A stretch of DNA of 64,000 nt from an uncultured virus (IMG/VR IMGVR_UViG_3300011768_000001) (IMGVR_UViG_3300011768_000001:1-64000); one strand, 5' to 3'; positions 36,784 to 46,478 are shown, numbered from the stretch's first letter. Notes: generated by a model not told the origin, from the letters alone. Made by a program: numbers and translations.

Positions 36784-37614
36784 TTATTGAAGTGTCTCGC
36801 CTAAACCATAACCAGACTGAGGAGTAACCCTGATTGGACTTGAGTTTCTACCTGTTAACGTTGTAGAGTCGTCTGTGTTAACATCCACTGTACCTACAGT
36901 GCTATCTTGAGAACCCTTCTTCTGCTTGGGTGTTGCTGCCTTCTTCAAGCTGCTCTGCACATCTTTTGGTAGCTTACCCTTTTTCAAAGTAGCAAAAGTT
37001 ACTTGCTCAAGCTGCATATCAAAGAACAAAGAGCTTCCTGTCTTGGCATCCTCTCTGAATCTAATAGTCGTAACCACAAGATTAGATGTGATGTTGTTTA
37101 TTACAGTACCCTTAAACTCGTACAAATCTACAAGTTGTATGTTAGATTCAAACTTTTGTTTTGATTGATTATACACCAAACCAGACATTAGATTTATCAA
37201 AGAGTTTTCAACACCCTCCGTGACATCAGTCCTTGACATATCTAGCTCAACACCAGCTTCATCAGGAGTAAAGAACTGACCTATTACATCCGGTAAAAGT
37301 TTGAAAAGGTCTGATTCTGACGAGTTAATGCTGACAGGAATTGAGTTGTCATAGACATTGTAAGGTATGTTTAAGTCAATATCCCTAATCAAGTCTGTAA
37401 AGGTACTCAGATCAGTTCCTGATATAATACCAGAAAGATTTATAGTATCATTATCTTTGATAAAATGATCTGATATGCTATTACCTGATGCCACAGGGTG
37501 CTTAGTAACACGGCCTTTATAGTCGCGTGTAAACAAAGAGATGGCATCAAAGTAAATAAAGCCTGAAGGTTTTTCAGGCTCATTCTTATTGCCCCATGAA
37601 AGTGCCAGCGTCAT
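36784..37614 (-). CDS. Dit-like baseplate / tube-initiator protein
   Basis: FDA.......T.HPV..G..ISDH; position after the tape measure gene. Confidence 0.75.
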   Translation of the reverse strand: MTLALSWGNKNEPEKPSGFIYFDAISLFTRDYKGRVTKHPVASGNSISDHFIKDNDTINLSGIISGTDLSTFTDLIRDIDLNIPYNVYDNSIPVSINSSESDLFKLLPDVIGQFFTPDEAGVELDMSRTDVTEGVENSLINLMSGLVYNQSKQKFESNIQLVDLYEFKGTVINNITSNLVVTTIRFREDAKTGSSLFFDMQLEQVTFATLKKGKLPKDVQSSLKKAATPKQKKGSQDSTVGTVDVNTDDSTTLTGRNSSPIRVTPQSGYGLGETLQ

Positions 37615-37623
37615 AATTATTCC

Positions 37624-38934
37624 TTATTGATTATTAGGCATATTTGTGATAGCTGTGCCCATCTCTTCTCTAAACCACCTTCCAAACACTTCATTCAACT
37701 CGCCAGCTTGCTGCTCTGTAGTCCCAGCAGGCATTTGAAAAGTTGCTTCAAAGTTGAAAGTGTTACTCGTGTTGTTGTTACTATTACTTGTCACTGTGTT
37801 GGCAGCTTGTGTGAGCAGTTGATCACGTGTTGCAGCAGAAGGTTTACCTGAAACAGCCGGGTCTTCTGGAGTGGGTGGCGTATAGAGCAGGTTATCTCGT
37901 ACAAACTGCTGAGAAATTGCACCTTTATTTACACCATTCTCATAGCGGCCTGCAAGGAGTGGGTCAAGAGTTACAGAATAATTAGGGTTATCAAAGGCTT
38001 TGTTAATTTGATTACCGGTGATAGTTTCACCAGCTTCCGTTACAGTACCCCTTTCAGCCATCCAAGTATCAGAGTTAGTTCCTGAAGAGAGCCTTGCAAG
38101 CCAATCTGACGCCAATGTCCTGTACCTCTTCACCACGCCGTTGGGGTCAGATTTATCTGGGGCAAGCCATCCAGAAATACCTCCAGCAGCAGCCCTTCCT
38201 GGTGCAGTAACAGAATCTAAAGCCCCACCAGCGGCATTTGTTACAGCTTCACCAGCACCCTGCCAGTCACCATTACCAGCCTTAAGAACTGCTTGTAACC
38301 CTTGGTTGAGGCTAGCAAGCGGCCTACCGAAGAACTGCAGCCCTTGGTTTTCACTCATTAACTCAAAAAGCTGTTTCCAACCACCATAAGATAGCTCACC
38401 AAGATCTTTAATATTCTTGAAGACATCTCGAATCTCAAACATGTTAGCTAAGGTTTCTTCGCCTTGCTTACCCTGCCCCCAAAGCCAATCAGAGATAACA
38501 CTATCTTTACCTGCCATCAGTCGTTGAAAGTCTTGGGGAATTAGTAAGAGATAAGATGCATACTTAGTTGCATTATTAAAAGATTGGGCTAAGCTTTCAA
38601 CCATCCCAGATGACTCATCAATTCCCTCTGAGAGAGTTTTGAATATTCTGGCAAAAGCTTCTTCTACCCCAGCAGCTGAGGCGATTATAGCCATGTCGTT
38701 TACTGAGTTAGAAAGCCTTTCTTCCTGTGCTTGCGAAGAATTTGAAGCTTTCTCAACACCCGAAGCTGCGGTCTCAGAGGCAATATCTCCAGCAAAGGTT
38801 AGAATATCACCCCTAACATTCCCTTTCTTCATTGCAGCAAGAAGTGTTTTAATAGCCTCAGAGCCAGTTTGTGTGCCACCTGTTTGTCGCTGATATGCAC
38901 GGGCAAATAAGGATACTGCACCGGGGAGAGATTC
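37624..38934 (-). CDS. Tape measure protein, exon 3 (436 aa)
   Basis: Begins GAA TCT CTC CCC GGT (ESLPG) directly after the intron omega-G at 38935. Confidence 0.85.
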   Translation of the reverse strand, partial: ESLPGAVSLFARAYQRQTGGTQTGSEAIKTLLAAMKKGNVRGDILTFAGDIASETAASGVEKASNSSQAQEERLSNSVNDMAIIASAAGVEEAFARIFKTLSEGIDESSGMVESLAQSFNNATKYASYLLLIPQDFQRLMAGKDSVISDWLWGQGKQGEETLANMFEIRDVFKNIKDLGELSYGGWKQLFELMSENQGLQFFGRPLASLNQGLQAVLKAGNGDWQGAGEAVTNAAGGALDSVTAPGRAAAGGISGWLAPDKSDPNGVVKRYRTLASDWLARLSSGTNSDTWMAERGTVTEAGETITGNQINKAFDNPNYSVTLDPLLAGRYENGVNKGAISQQFVRDNLLYTPPTPEDPAVSGKPSAATRDQLLTQAANTVTSNSNNNTSNTFNFEATFQMPAGTTEQQAGELNEVFGRWFREEMGTAITNMPNNQ

Positions 38935-39940
38935 CAATTATGTTCAAGAGAAAACGCTACTCTTCCCTCAGCGACATTACTCGCATCTATATGTCACCAT
39001 ATAGTTCTGACTATATCATAATCTCCAAAAGAGATTCCTACCATTTCCACTGTCAATCGCTTACAGTGTACTCTACTCGCTTCCACTCTAAAGGTGTGCT
39101 TTCGATAGTCGATGAACCTTTCTTTACCAATTATAAAGCGACGTAATGTGGTTAAAACCTTTTCGACGTTTTAAGTCATAAACAAGATCAACAGAAATTT
39201 CGAGTTCATTCGCGATTGGTGTTGGTTTAAATCCAAGCTCAATCATCTTACATGCTTCGTGAACTTTATCTTCTGATTGCTTTTCTGTTTTAGGTTTGAT
39301 ATCAATCACTGGTAAATCTTCAGTGATGTGAGTCCACTTTTTACGCCTTTTAATATTTCCAATGGTTGTTTGCTCAACTCCGTAAAGTTTTGCTAAAACT
39401 ATGGCATTTTCTCCGGCTAACAAACTCAAATAAATTACTTTAACTTGGTCTTCAGTCAGAATTGCTCTTCCATTGTCTACCCCAACCGTGCTGGCTAAAA
39501 GATTGTTAGCAACCGCATGGTCAACATTTTCTTGTCTTGTTACCCATTCAAGATTAGAAACAACGCAATTAAGTTTATTTCCGTCTTTGTGGTTTACAAA
39601 GGGTTTGTTTTCAGGATTATCAATAAAGGTAATAGCTAACAGCCTGTGAGTGTGGATATGCTTTCGCTCCCCATTCACCCATAGCTTAACTGCCCAATAT
39701 TTTCTTTGTACTGACTGAGAAAGCTCTTTTATGGAGCCACGTTTAGATGAGAAAACTTTACCATCTTCAGTTACAAAGTAATCCTCAAAACCTTCAATAT
39801 TAATTTGCTTCATTTACCACCCCCAATAAGTTGAAGGCGTATGTTAAAGACTTGGCTGCTGATTGTCAAGAAATATTCTTGGGTTCCCAGCAATTAAATA
39901 GGTTATTCAATGCAACTCACGCTGCAAGGGGCCAAATTCT
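38935..39940 (-). mobile_element. Group I intron TMP-I2 (1006 nt) carrying an HNH ORF in the P6 region
   Basis: P AAUUGCUGGGAA, Q AAUCAGCAGCC, R GUUCAUCGACUA, S AUGAUAUAGUC; P1 GGCU/GGCC with U-G; terminal G. Confidence 0.9.
39124..39813 (-). CDS. Intron-encoded HNH homing endonuclease
   Basis: HRLLA..F..NPENKP.VNHKDGNKLN..VSNLEW; two C-terminal HTH-like repeats; lies between intron Q and R elements. Confidence 0.9.
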   Translation of the reverse strand: MKQINIEGFEDYFVTEDGKVFSSKRGSIKELSQSVQRKYWAVKLWVNGERKHIHTHRLLAITFIDNPENKPFVNHKDGNKLNCVVSNLEWVTRQENVDHAVANNLLASTVGVDNGRAILTEDQVKVIYLSLLAGENAIVLAKLYGVEQTTIGNIKRRKKWTHITEDLPVIDIKPKTEKQSEDKVHEACKMIELGFKPTPIANELEISVDLVYDLKRRKGFNHITSLYNW

Positions 39941-39956
39941 AGCCAATTGTCCTGTA
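39941..39956 (-). CDS. Tape measure protein, exon 2 (16-nt micro-exon)
   Basis: T ACA GGA CAA TTG GCT; joins exon 1 GAG CT and exon 3 GAA to give MSEELTGQLAESLPGA. Confidence 0.85.
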
Positions 39957-40215
39957 CCTAATCTTCAGAAGGTTTCGTTAAGTCCTTCCCGCATAAAACG
40001 ATGCTGCTGCATATTGCTATGCAGATGAGACTATCTCTTATACTTCACCTTTACGTGGTCAGTACCCCACCACTTCCACTCACTTGAGTGTACGCCTCTC
40101 GGCTAGTCGTTACACGTTCCCTTCCGGGCTTCGCTCGGTATTGTCCACTTGGGAGTTTCACCGACTTCGATGGGTTTATTCTTCAACGTATTTCTACGAA
40201 GCGAGCCTACATTCA
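39957..40215 (-). ncRNA. Group I intron TMP-I1 (259 nt, no ORF)
   Basis: P1 GAGCU/GGCUC with U-G; P10 UGUA/UACA; P AAGUCGGUGAA, Q AAUACCGAGC, R GUGUAACGACUA, S AAGAGAUAGUC; terminal G 39957. Confidence 0.9.
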
Positions 40216-41123
40216 AGCTCTTCTGACATCAGTTTGTCCTTTCCCGCCACTTGACTAAGTGCACGAAAGATACGATTTTGAGAAGCTTTGTCTACATGGT
40301 TAACACGAGCAAGTTCAGAGAATCCTTTAAAAATCCCCTTACCCTGATCTACAGACATACCCGCACCAGTTACGCCGGAAAGCAGCTTGTTGAAGTCTGG
40401 TGCTGCATCAAGGTATGAAAAACCCACCCTGTTTGCCTGTGCTCTTAACCAATCATAAGACTGAACACCTTGCTGCCTTGACCCACCCGCTTGTTCTACA
40501 ACTGCTTGTGTAGTAAGCTGTGAGGCCACAATTTGCTGATTACGCTCATTAAGCTGTGATAGTCCATACCCACCTAACCCTAATGCTAACGCAGGAGCAT
40601 ACAGCCTTGCAGCACTCCCTGCGACGCCCCCACCAGCCATTGCATCGCGTCTTGATAGCCGACTTGAAGTAGACCTTACGTTAGCAGATTCTCGCCTCAT
40701 ACGGGCTTCCTCCTGCATTACAATACGGCGTCTATTCCACTCGTTTGTAGTTTCTCTTTGTCTTCGGTCCCACTCTTTAGAGCTGAGTTGACCGCCAACA
40801 AGACTTGTACCAAGGCTACCTTTACGACCTACCGATCTACTTGCCCTAAGCAGTGCAGCTTGCAGGGAGCGTTCATTTACAGCGAATCTTGATACATCAA
40901 ACACAAGTGTTTTGGATGCACTATCTAAAGCATTACCAAGCACCTGTTTAAGTTTTGTTTCGTTAACGGAGAACTTAGTGATCCCAACATTCAGGTTATC
41001 AAATTTCTTACGGTACTTCGTAAACTTTGTTTCTAATGCTTGTAGGTATAAGTCAACTTTCCTCAATTGGGAATTATTGACCGATACGCCGACTTCCGCG
41101 AAGTATCTTGCAATGCCTGTCAT
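40216..41123 (-). CDS. Tape measure protein, exon 1 (spliced product about 744 aa)
   Basis: Tape-measure N-domain motif RALSQV.GK.KLMSEEL; follows the tail chaperones. Confidence 0.85.
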
Positions 41124-41404
41124 TTATTGTTTTTCCTTGATGCTTGTTCTGCTTTCTGTCTTTGCACGTCTTGCTCTTGCAAAGCTTCTGTAGTGTCAAT
41201 AAGCTCAAGAAAGTCTAACAAATCAGATAAGCAGTATTTTGTCTTAAGATCATAAAGATCACAGAGTTTAGGTTTATTGTACATAACAACCCGCAACACC
41301 CTAGGATCTTGAGAAAAATCATTTGATATCTGTGTATCCAACCTAGTTTTTACTTGCGACTCACCCGGCTTTACAGGTCTGACGAATCGCTTTCTTCCAA
41401 AGGG
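41120..41404 (-). CDS. Tail assembly chaperone, -1 frameshift extension (GT-like)
   Basis: -1 frame open from the slippery site C CCT TTG (41404-41398) into ORF 41120..41341. Confidence 0.75.
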   Translation of the reverse strand, partial: PFGRKRFVRPVKPGESQVKTRLDTQISNDFSQDPRVLRVVMYNKPKLCDLYDLKTKYCLSDLLDFLELIDTTEALQEQDVQRQKAEQASRKNNK

Positions 41405-41670
41405 TCATCAAAATTAAACATGATAACCTCCTGATAAAGCTTCATCAAGTGGGGAATTTTACCAGCAAACAGTTGTTCAAACTTCTTAGCGTCAATGTGG
41501 ACAGAATCTTTTGAAACACCCTTCATGATCATATTCTGAATCAATGTTGGTGTTGGATTAGACAGTTGAAACTGGTAAGTCAGGGCATCCATTGCAGGGA
41601 AGGCTGTGATTTTATAATCAACACCATCGATGGTAACAACTTTATTGGGCCGTACATAAATCTCAGTCAT
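41371..41670 (-). CDS. Tail assembly chaperone (G-like)
   Basis: V.IDG..Y.I..F.A...; position between tube genes and tape measure. Confidence 0.8.
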   Translation of the reverse strand: MTEIYVRPNKVVTIDGVDYKITAFPAMDALTYQFQLSNPTPTLIQNMIMKGVSKDSVHIDAKKFEQLFAGKIPHLMKLYQEVIMFNFDDPLEESDSSDL

Positions 41671-41679
41671 TTAATTCTC

Positions 41680-42162
41680 CTAAAATAAATCGGTAATGTA
41701 GTTAGTGATATTGTCAAGAAGTTTTGTAGTAGGTCGAGTATTACCGCCCACTGTCCACTCTGTAGTGGTTTGACACTGAATATTCCATACCCTGTATTCA
41801 CTGTCTGCACCAAAGCCTGCTGTGGGGTAGGCTAAGATATACGCCTCATTGCTACCAAATAAACTCATACCTGAGTTGTCTTTAAGGGTAATGATGAGCC
41901 TACCAGTACCATAAATTAAATCTTGTTTGTGTACAGCACTTAGAACGCTATTAACAGGGCATGTTGATAACACGGATAGAGACAGTGTTGCAGCCGTACT
42001 TTCATTTTTGTCACGACTGTCTTTGCCACGAATGCCCTTGAAAGGGGTGAATCCGGGGTTATTTCTTGTTATTGTAATTCTATCCCAGCCTGAAACTTTA
42101 TACCCAGAAATAATTAGCACTATGTCGTCAGGACTGTATGTATTTACAGTAAAATCACTCAT
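41680..42162 (-). CDS. Tail tube-like protein (DUF3277-like), paralog 3
   Basis: TYSPDDI...R.W.I.C motif. Confidence 0.75.
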   Translation of the reverse strand: MSDFTVNTYSPDDIVLIISGYKVSGWDRITITRNNPGFTPFKGIRGKDSRDKNESTAATLSLSVLSTCPVNSVLSAVHKQDLIYGTGRLIITLKDNSGMSLFGSNEAYILAYPTAGFGADSEYRVWNIQCQTTTEWTVGGNTRPTTKLLDNITNYITDLF

Positions 42163-42665
42163 GACAGAAGCCCTGAAATAGTTGGAGACGCAGCTACAAG
42201 AGTACGTGTAAGGTTTTCCAACAGCTCAGATTCACCATCATTACCACCAATACTCATAATAGCTTGACTGCAACGGATGACCCAGCGTCTTTCTGTTATG
42301 CTTGTCGCGTACTCCATATCAGCCGGGGTTTCAATCCAAGACGTAGCTGAGTAGAAAAAGCTATTACCAAGCTGATCTTTAATGATCAGGGGGAATTTAC
42401 CAGCTTGTGTTATTTCATCCCACTTCAACAATGCATCAAGAACTTCATTTGAGGCACTAAGATTGTGAAGGGTGATACTTACTGTATAGCTCTGACTATT
42501 TCTATAAGTTCTTGAAAACACCCCATCACTTGTTGTTTTTGATGAGAAGGGGTTAATATCTTTTCGAAGTGTAAGGAAAGAACCGTCGATATATCCATCA
42601 ATCGGCACTACACCAGCCACCAAGATAGTAATATCTTCGGGGGAGTAAGTTAATAAATTACTCAT
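42159..42665 (-). CDS. Tail tube-like protein (DUF3277-like), paralog 2
   Basis: TYSPEDI..GY.DG.F..R.W.I.C. Confidence 0.75.
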   Translation of the reverse strand: MSNLLTYSPEDITILVAGVVPIDGYIDGSFLTLRKDINPFSSKTTSDGVFSRTYRNSQSYTVSITLHNLSASNEVLDALLKWDEITQAGKFPLIIKDQLGNSFFYSATSWIETPADMEYATSITERRWVIRCSQAIMSIGGNDGESELLENLTRTLVAASPTISGLLS

Positions 42666-42710
42666 TTAACTCTCCTTTAAAATTTGTTGAGGGGCTTTCA
42701 CCCCTCTTAA

Positions 42711-43238
42711 TTACTGCTGTGGTGCCCAACGAGCATCCACTGTACCGCCAAGAGCTGCATAATCTGAGGCAGTTGCTGGGGTGAACTCAGCGTTACCACC
42801 TTGAACCTGCTCAAGTTTAACACAGTGGATAGCCCAATCACGACCTTCAATACCAGTTGAGAAGGTACTGTCAGGGTTCTGACCAATATAGCACTGACGA
42901 CTAAAGTACAGGGAACGACCTGAGTTGTCTTTGATTGTCATGCTGAAAAGATTCGTGCTATCACGGGTAGTCTCATCATTACGAAGAAGCTGCCCTAGGA
43001 TGTCATTACTTTCGCTGTATTGACCAAGGGTCAAAGTAACGGTCGCGTTCTTATTAGCACGAACAACTCGTGCATTAGATACATCAGCGCCGCTGTACGG
43101 ATCAGAGGCTGCAACGAGACGTGTGATAGATAGGAAGGTGCCATCCACATAACCACTGACGCTGTGGCTAATACCACCGCCTGCAATAATTACGTTCACA
43201 TCCTCTGGGGAATAACTTGCTAATAGATCGTTTGCCAT
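42711..43238 (-). CDS. Tail tube protein (DUF3277-like)
   Basis: SYSPEDV..GYVDGTF..IKDNSG..RDW.I.C; directly after sheath. Confidence 0.85.
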   Translation of the reverse strand: MANDLLASYSPEDVNVIIAGGGISHSVSGYVDGTFLSITRLVAASDPYSGADVSNARVVRANKNATVTLTLGQYSESNDILGQLLRNDETTRDSTNLFSMTIKDNSGRSLYFSRQCYIGQNPDSTFSTGIEGRDWAIHCVKLEQVQGGNAEFTPATASDYAALGGTVDARWAPQQ

Positions 43239-43256
43239 TTAATAATTATTCCTATT

Positions 43257-44546
43257 TTAGACGGATGCGGTAGCGCGAATGATGACCTTACGCAAACTTC
43301 CCGCAAGGCGGAAGGTACAAAGGAAGTCTCCAAGAACTCGCTGGGCACGAAGAGTTGGGCTAACCTTAAGTGGGTCTGGGGCTGTCACAGTATATGCTGG
43401 AGCATCTGCAATACCACCATTCGTAACACCAAGAGCCATCACCCCGCGAATATCGTTCTCAATAATAGTTGCACCAACACGAGTGTAAGGTACTTTCTTA
43501 CTATTGATAAAGCGGAACACTACAGCTTCCTGCCAACGAGCACGCAACCAGTCAAGGAAAATAATTTCATCGATAGGGGTGCCGTCAGCCATATTGCCAT
43601 ATTGGAATACATCAACACCAGCACGCGTGGTGTATACATTACCATTCTTAGCAACAACGTTGGCCTTAGCTGTTGGACTCAAGTTGCTTACAGTTACACC
43701 AGATGCTTGCTTCATATCCCAATCATTGCTACCCGGAGTTTCTGGAAGCTGTGTGCTAATCCAAGCAGCTTCTGGATAGTCAGTGTCAGCTTCTGCTGTG
43801 TAAACAGCGAAGGTGCGACCCAAGCTATCTGCTGACAGAAGACTCAGGATATCGGTAGTGCCGGTAGTCAAAGCAACAGGATCTTGGGTAGAAGTACCGT
43901 AGATTTTATACATTGACTGGATGGCAGTAGCAAGTTCAAGTTGTTCTGCGGTGACATGTGTGGCTGCCACAAGGGCATACCAGCTACTGTTTTCCATATC
44001 TACAGCATTGAGTGCAGCCGTCCAAGTTTCGGTTGGGGCGTCATCAACAGCTGTTAGATTGGAGCTAACACGAACACTCCAAGGAGTACCGGGAGTAGTT
44101 GGAGCCACTTCAAAAGTACCTACACCATCTGTAACCGTAACACCTTGCACACTGCCGATGGACGCAATAAGACCATCAACAATTTCTTCTGCTGTAGCTG
44201 AAGCATCTGATGTATAGGAATGAGCAACACCATTCACTGTAACCACATAAGTGCTGTTGTTAGCCACAACTGGAGTAATAGTGCTGCCGTCTACTTGACG
44301 ACGACCAACTACGATGCTGGAAGGCTTTACACTCTCGCCTGAAAACAGTTTTTGTGCAATGATGTATACACTAGATGTAGTAGCAAAGTCAGCACCAACA
44401 GAAGTAATATCGGTATATACTCGACTACGTTCTGAGAAGTTAGTAAAACCATCCAGAATCATGGGGATGCTGAAGCTGGCTGTATCAATAGCAGTAGACT
44501 CACGTGAGATGAATACCTCGACGATATCTGACAGGTTGTCCGCCAT
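43257..44546 (-). CDS. Tail sheath protein (DUF3383-like)
   Basis: DIV.V.ISR, PGS..W..K, IDE...DWL, KVPYT..G. Confidence 0.9.
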   Translation of the reverse strand: MADNLSDIVEVFISRESTAIDTASFSIPMILDGFTNFSERSRVYTDITSVGADFATTSSVYIIAQKLFSGESVKPSSIVVGRRQVDGSTITPVVANNSTYVVTVNGVAHSYTSDASATAEEIVDGLIASIGSVQGVTVTDGVGTFEVAPTTPGTPWSVRVSSNLTAVDDAPTETWTAALNAVDMENSSWYALVAATHVTAEQLELATAIQSMYKIYGTSTQDPVALTTGTTDILSLLSADSLGRTFAVYTAEADTDYPEAAWISTQLPETPGSNDWDMKQASGVTVSNLSPTAKANVVAKNGNVYTTRAGVDVFQYGNMADGTPIDEIIFLDWLRARWQEAVVFRFINSKKVPYTRVGATIIENDIRGVMALGVTNGGIADAPAYTVTAPDPLKVSPTLRAQRVLGDFLCTFRLAGSLRKVIIRATASV

Positions 44547-44566
44547 ATATTTATTTCCTATTTTAT

Positions 44567-45127
44567 TTAATTTGTAAGGGGTGGAATATACAGCGTTTCT
44601 TCTGTATCAGGGTTTCCATCATCTTTGTAGACAATTCTTATATGCTCAACAATATCTACTTTCTGGGTTGTCTTAACCGCATAGGTGAAAGTAACGTCAA
44701 GGTTTTGGTACTCAATCCATTTAGTCTCACGTAACGCAGGGACACGTCGTAGTGTACTTTTACGAATTGGAGCAAGGTTAAGTTTTTGAAAAGCTTCCCA
44801 CATCACTACGTTATTTGACATAGCATTCTGAAAATCAAAAGCCATGTCCCCAGCAAGACTTCCGACAAAGCTAAACTGAACCATAATTTCGTAGTGATTG
44901 ATAATGGTGAGGTTTTCTTGTGAGTCAGCAAATGTAGAATAGGATGTCCTATCAACTTGTTTAACTGAACCCATTTGTATCACTACATAAGGTTTACTTG
45001 ATTCCGTACCGTTAGTGTGTGAGTAGATAATTCCTGCATTCTTTTCAGCGACAGTTGGAAAGTAATCGTTCAGGACAACAAGAGTTCCTTGACGTAATGC
45101 GGTTCGGACATCTGAGAAAATGGACAT
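44567..45127 (-). CDS. Neck / tail terminator protein
   Basis: Synteny; D.TF.Y motif. Confidence 0.7.
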   Translation of the reverse strand: MSIFSDVRTALRQGTLVVLNDYFPTVAEKNAGIIYSHTNGTESSKPYVVIQMGSVKQVDRTSYSTFADSQENLTIINHYEIMVQFSFVGSLAGDMAFDFQNAMSNNVVMWEAFQKLNLAPIRKSTLRRVPALRETKWIEYQNLDVTFTYAVKTTQKVDIVEHIRIVYKDDGNPDTEETLYIPPLTN

Positions 45128-45600
45128 TAACTAACTCCCTTTGAGCCTATTTGCCACTCAACAGAATTTAGCATAGTGTCACTATCCCTAAGAGGATCAT
45201 CTTTACCCTTAAGAGCAATAGTCAGAGGAGCATTTCGTGGAGTGGAAAAATTGAGAATTTCCTGTTGCATTGATTTGGCTAGTTCTGGCCCTATAGAAGC
45301 AAGTAATTGACTCATATTCATTTTACCTTCCGCTACAAGCCCCAGTTTATATAAAACCGTAACATCAAATAAAGCGGAATTTTGAATATTTTCTATAAAA
45401 CCTTCTCTTATAAATGAACGTTTAGGGATACCCTCACCCTCTTCGTTCCACATAGCTACAGTTGCAACAGGTAGGTTATCGTTTTCAGGTCCATAGTATT
45501 TATCAAAGAACCCAACTTGAAGTTCAGTGTTATCTACTTTCCTTAAGTTGACTTTCATCCTATTCCAAACACTCTTATCAACTTTAAGCTTGAAAGACAT
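45127..45600 (-). CDS. Tail completion / neck protein
   Basis: VGF..VA.WNE.G..IP.RSF, NAP.TI..KG...PL.D. Confidence 0.75.
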   Translation of the reverse strand: MSFKLKVDKSVWNRMKVNLRKVDNTELQVGFFDKYYGPENDNLPVATVAMWNEEGEGIPKRSFIREGFIENIQNSALFDVTVLYKLGLVAEGKMNMSQLLASIGPELAKSMQQEILNFSTPRNAPLTIALKGKDDPLRDSDTMLNSVEWQIGSKGVS

Positions 45601-45610
45601 GATAAGATTC

Positions 45611-45985
45611 CTAGTTTGGTGTAAGTTCTACACGTGTGGCGTATGCCTTGCAATGCTCTAGAATTGACATACCATTTGTCCAATCATCAAGCTTCATAAT
45701 CTTGTAGCGATCATTTTTCCAAATGAACTCATCAGCATCCCAGCCGTTAGGTCCTTCTTTCTCCGTACGAAACTGATCAGCAGAATAAACTTTCCACCAA
45801 ACACGAGTCCGCTCAGATTCGGGTAGTTGTAAAATCTCATAACCTTTTAAAGGTTGAATATTAACTTGTACGGCAATTTCTTCGACTTCTCCTTCAACCC
45901 AGTCACCGTCAACAAAACTTCCTGCTGATCTTCGGTAGATAGTTAGAGGAATCTTATGAGTTAAAAGGAATTGAGGTTTTAACAT
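45611..45985 (-). CDS. Head closure protein
   Basis: IQP....L..LPE..R, D...W....Y. Confidence 0.75.
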   Translation of the reverse strand: MLKPQFLLTHKIPLTIYRRSAGSFVDGDWVEGEVEEIAVQVNIQPLKGYEILQLPESERTRVWWKVYSADQFRTEKEGPNGWDADEFIWKNDRYKIMKLDDWTNGMSILEHCKAYATRVELTPN

Positions 45986-45994
45986 ATCAACTCC

Positions 45995-46438
45995 TTAAAT
46001 AATGGGATACTGAAACTCAGGCCCATGGGCACGACAACCACTGCAATCACACCCTATTTCACAACATTCAATTTCTCGGCAATTATCACCGTCACACACT
46101 TCAATACTCATGAGCTTACTTGGGCACTTGTTAGCTGACCAAGGCATAAGACCCATTGGCATGAGGGTGGATGGATTGTTAATAAAGTTACCAAGAGCCG
46201 TGAGATAGTTTTTAGAGTAGTCGTTCCAAACCTCAATATCGCCAGTACGCTCTCTTGTATTATATCCCGCAATAGCAAATGATGCCGAAATAGCAGCCAT
46301 CTTTGCAGCGGCATAAACATTCTGATTATTCAGATCAAGAAATTGTTGTATCTCTTCATCTGAGAAAATAGGATAGAATGGATTTGAAGGTACATTCATA
46401 ATCAGCAGATTTACTTGCTGAACTGGGGTAAGAGCCAT
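45995..46438 (-). CDS. Head-tail adaptor protein with Cys-rich C-terminal tail
   Basis: FSDEEI..FL motif; synteny. Confidence 0.7.
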   Translation of the reverse strand: MALTPVQQVNLLIMNVPSNPFYPIFSDEEIQQFLDLNNQNVYAAAKMAAISASFAIAGYNTRERTGDIEVWNDYSKNYLTALGNFINNPSTLMPMGLMPWSANKCPSKLMSIEVCDGDNCREIECCEIGCDCSGCRAHGPEFQYPII

Positions 46439-46478
46439 AGCCTCTCCTTAAAGGAGGGCAGACAAGCTGCCCAGATTT

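Noticed and set aside
39831..40028. ORF-track entries 39831..40028, 38871..39146, 61607..61822, 1432..1725 and 1670..1924
   Set aside because: They overlap intron cores or structured RNA regions and lack SD or protein-like features.
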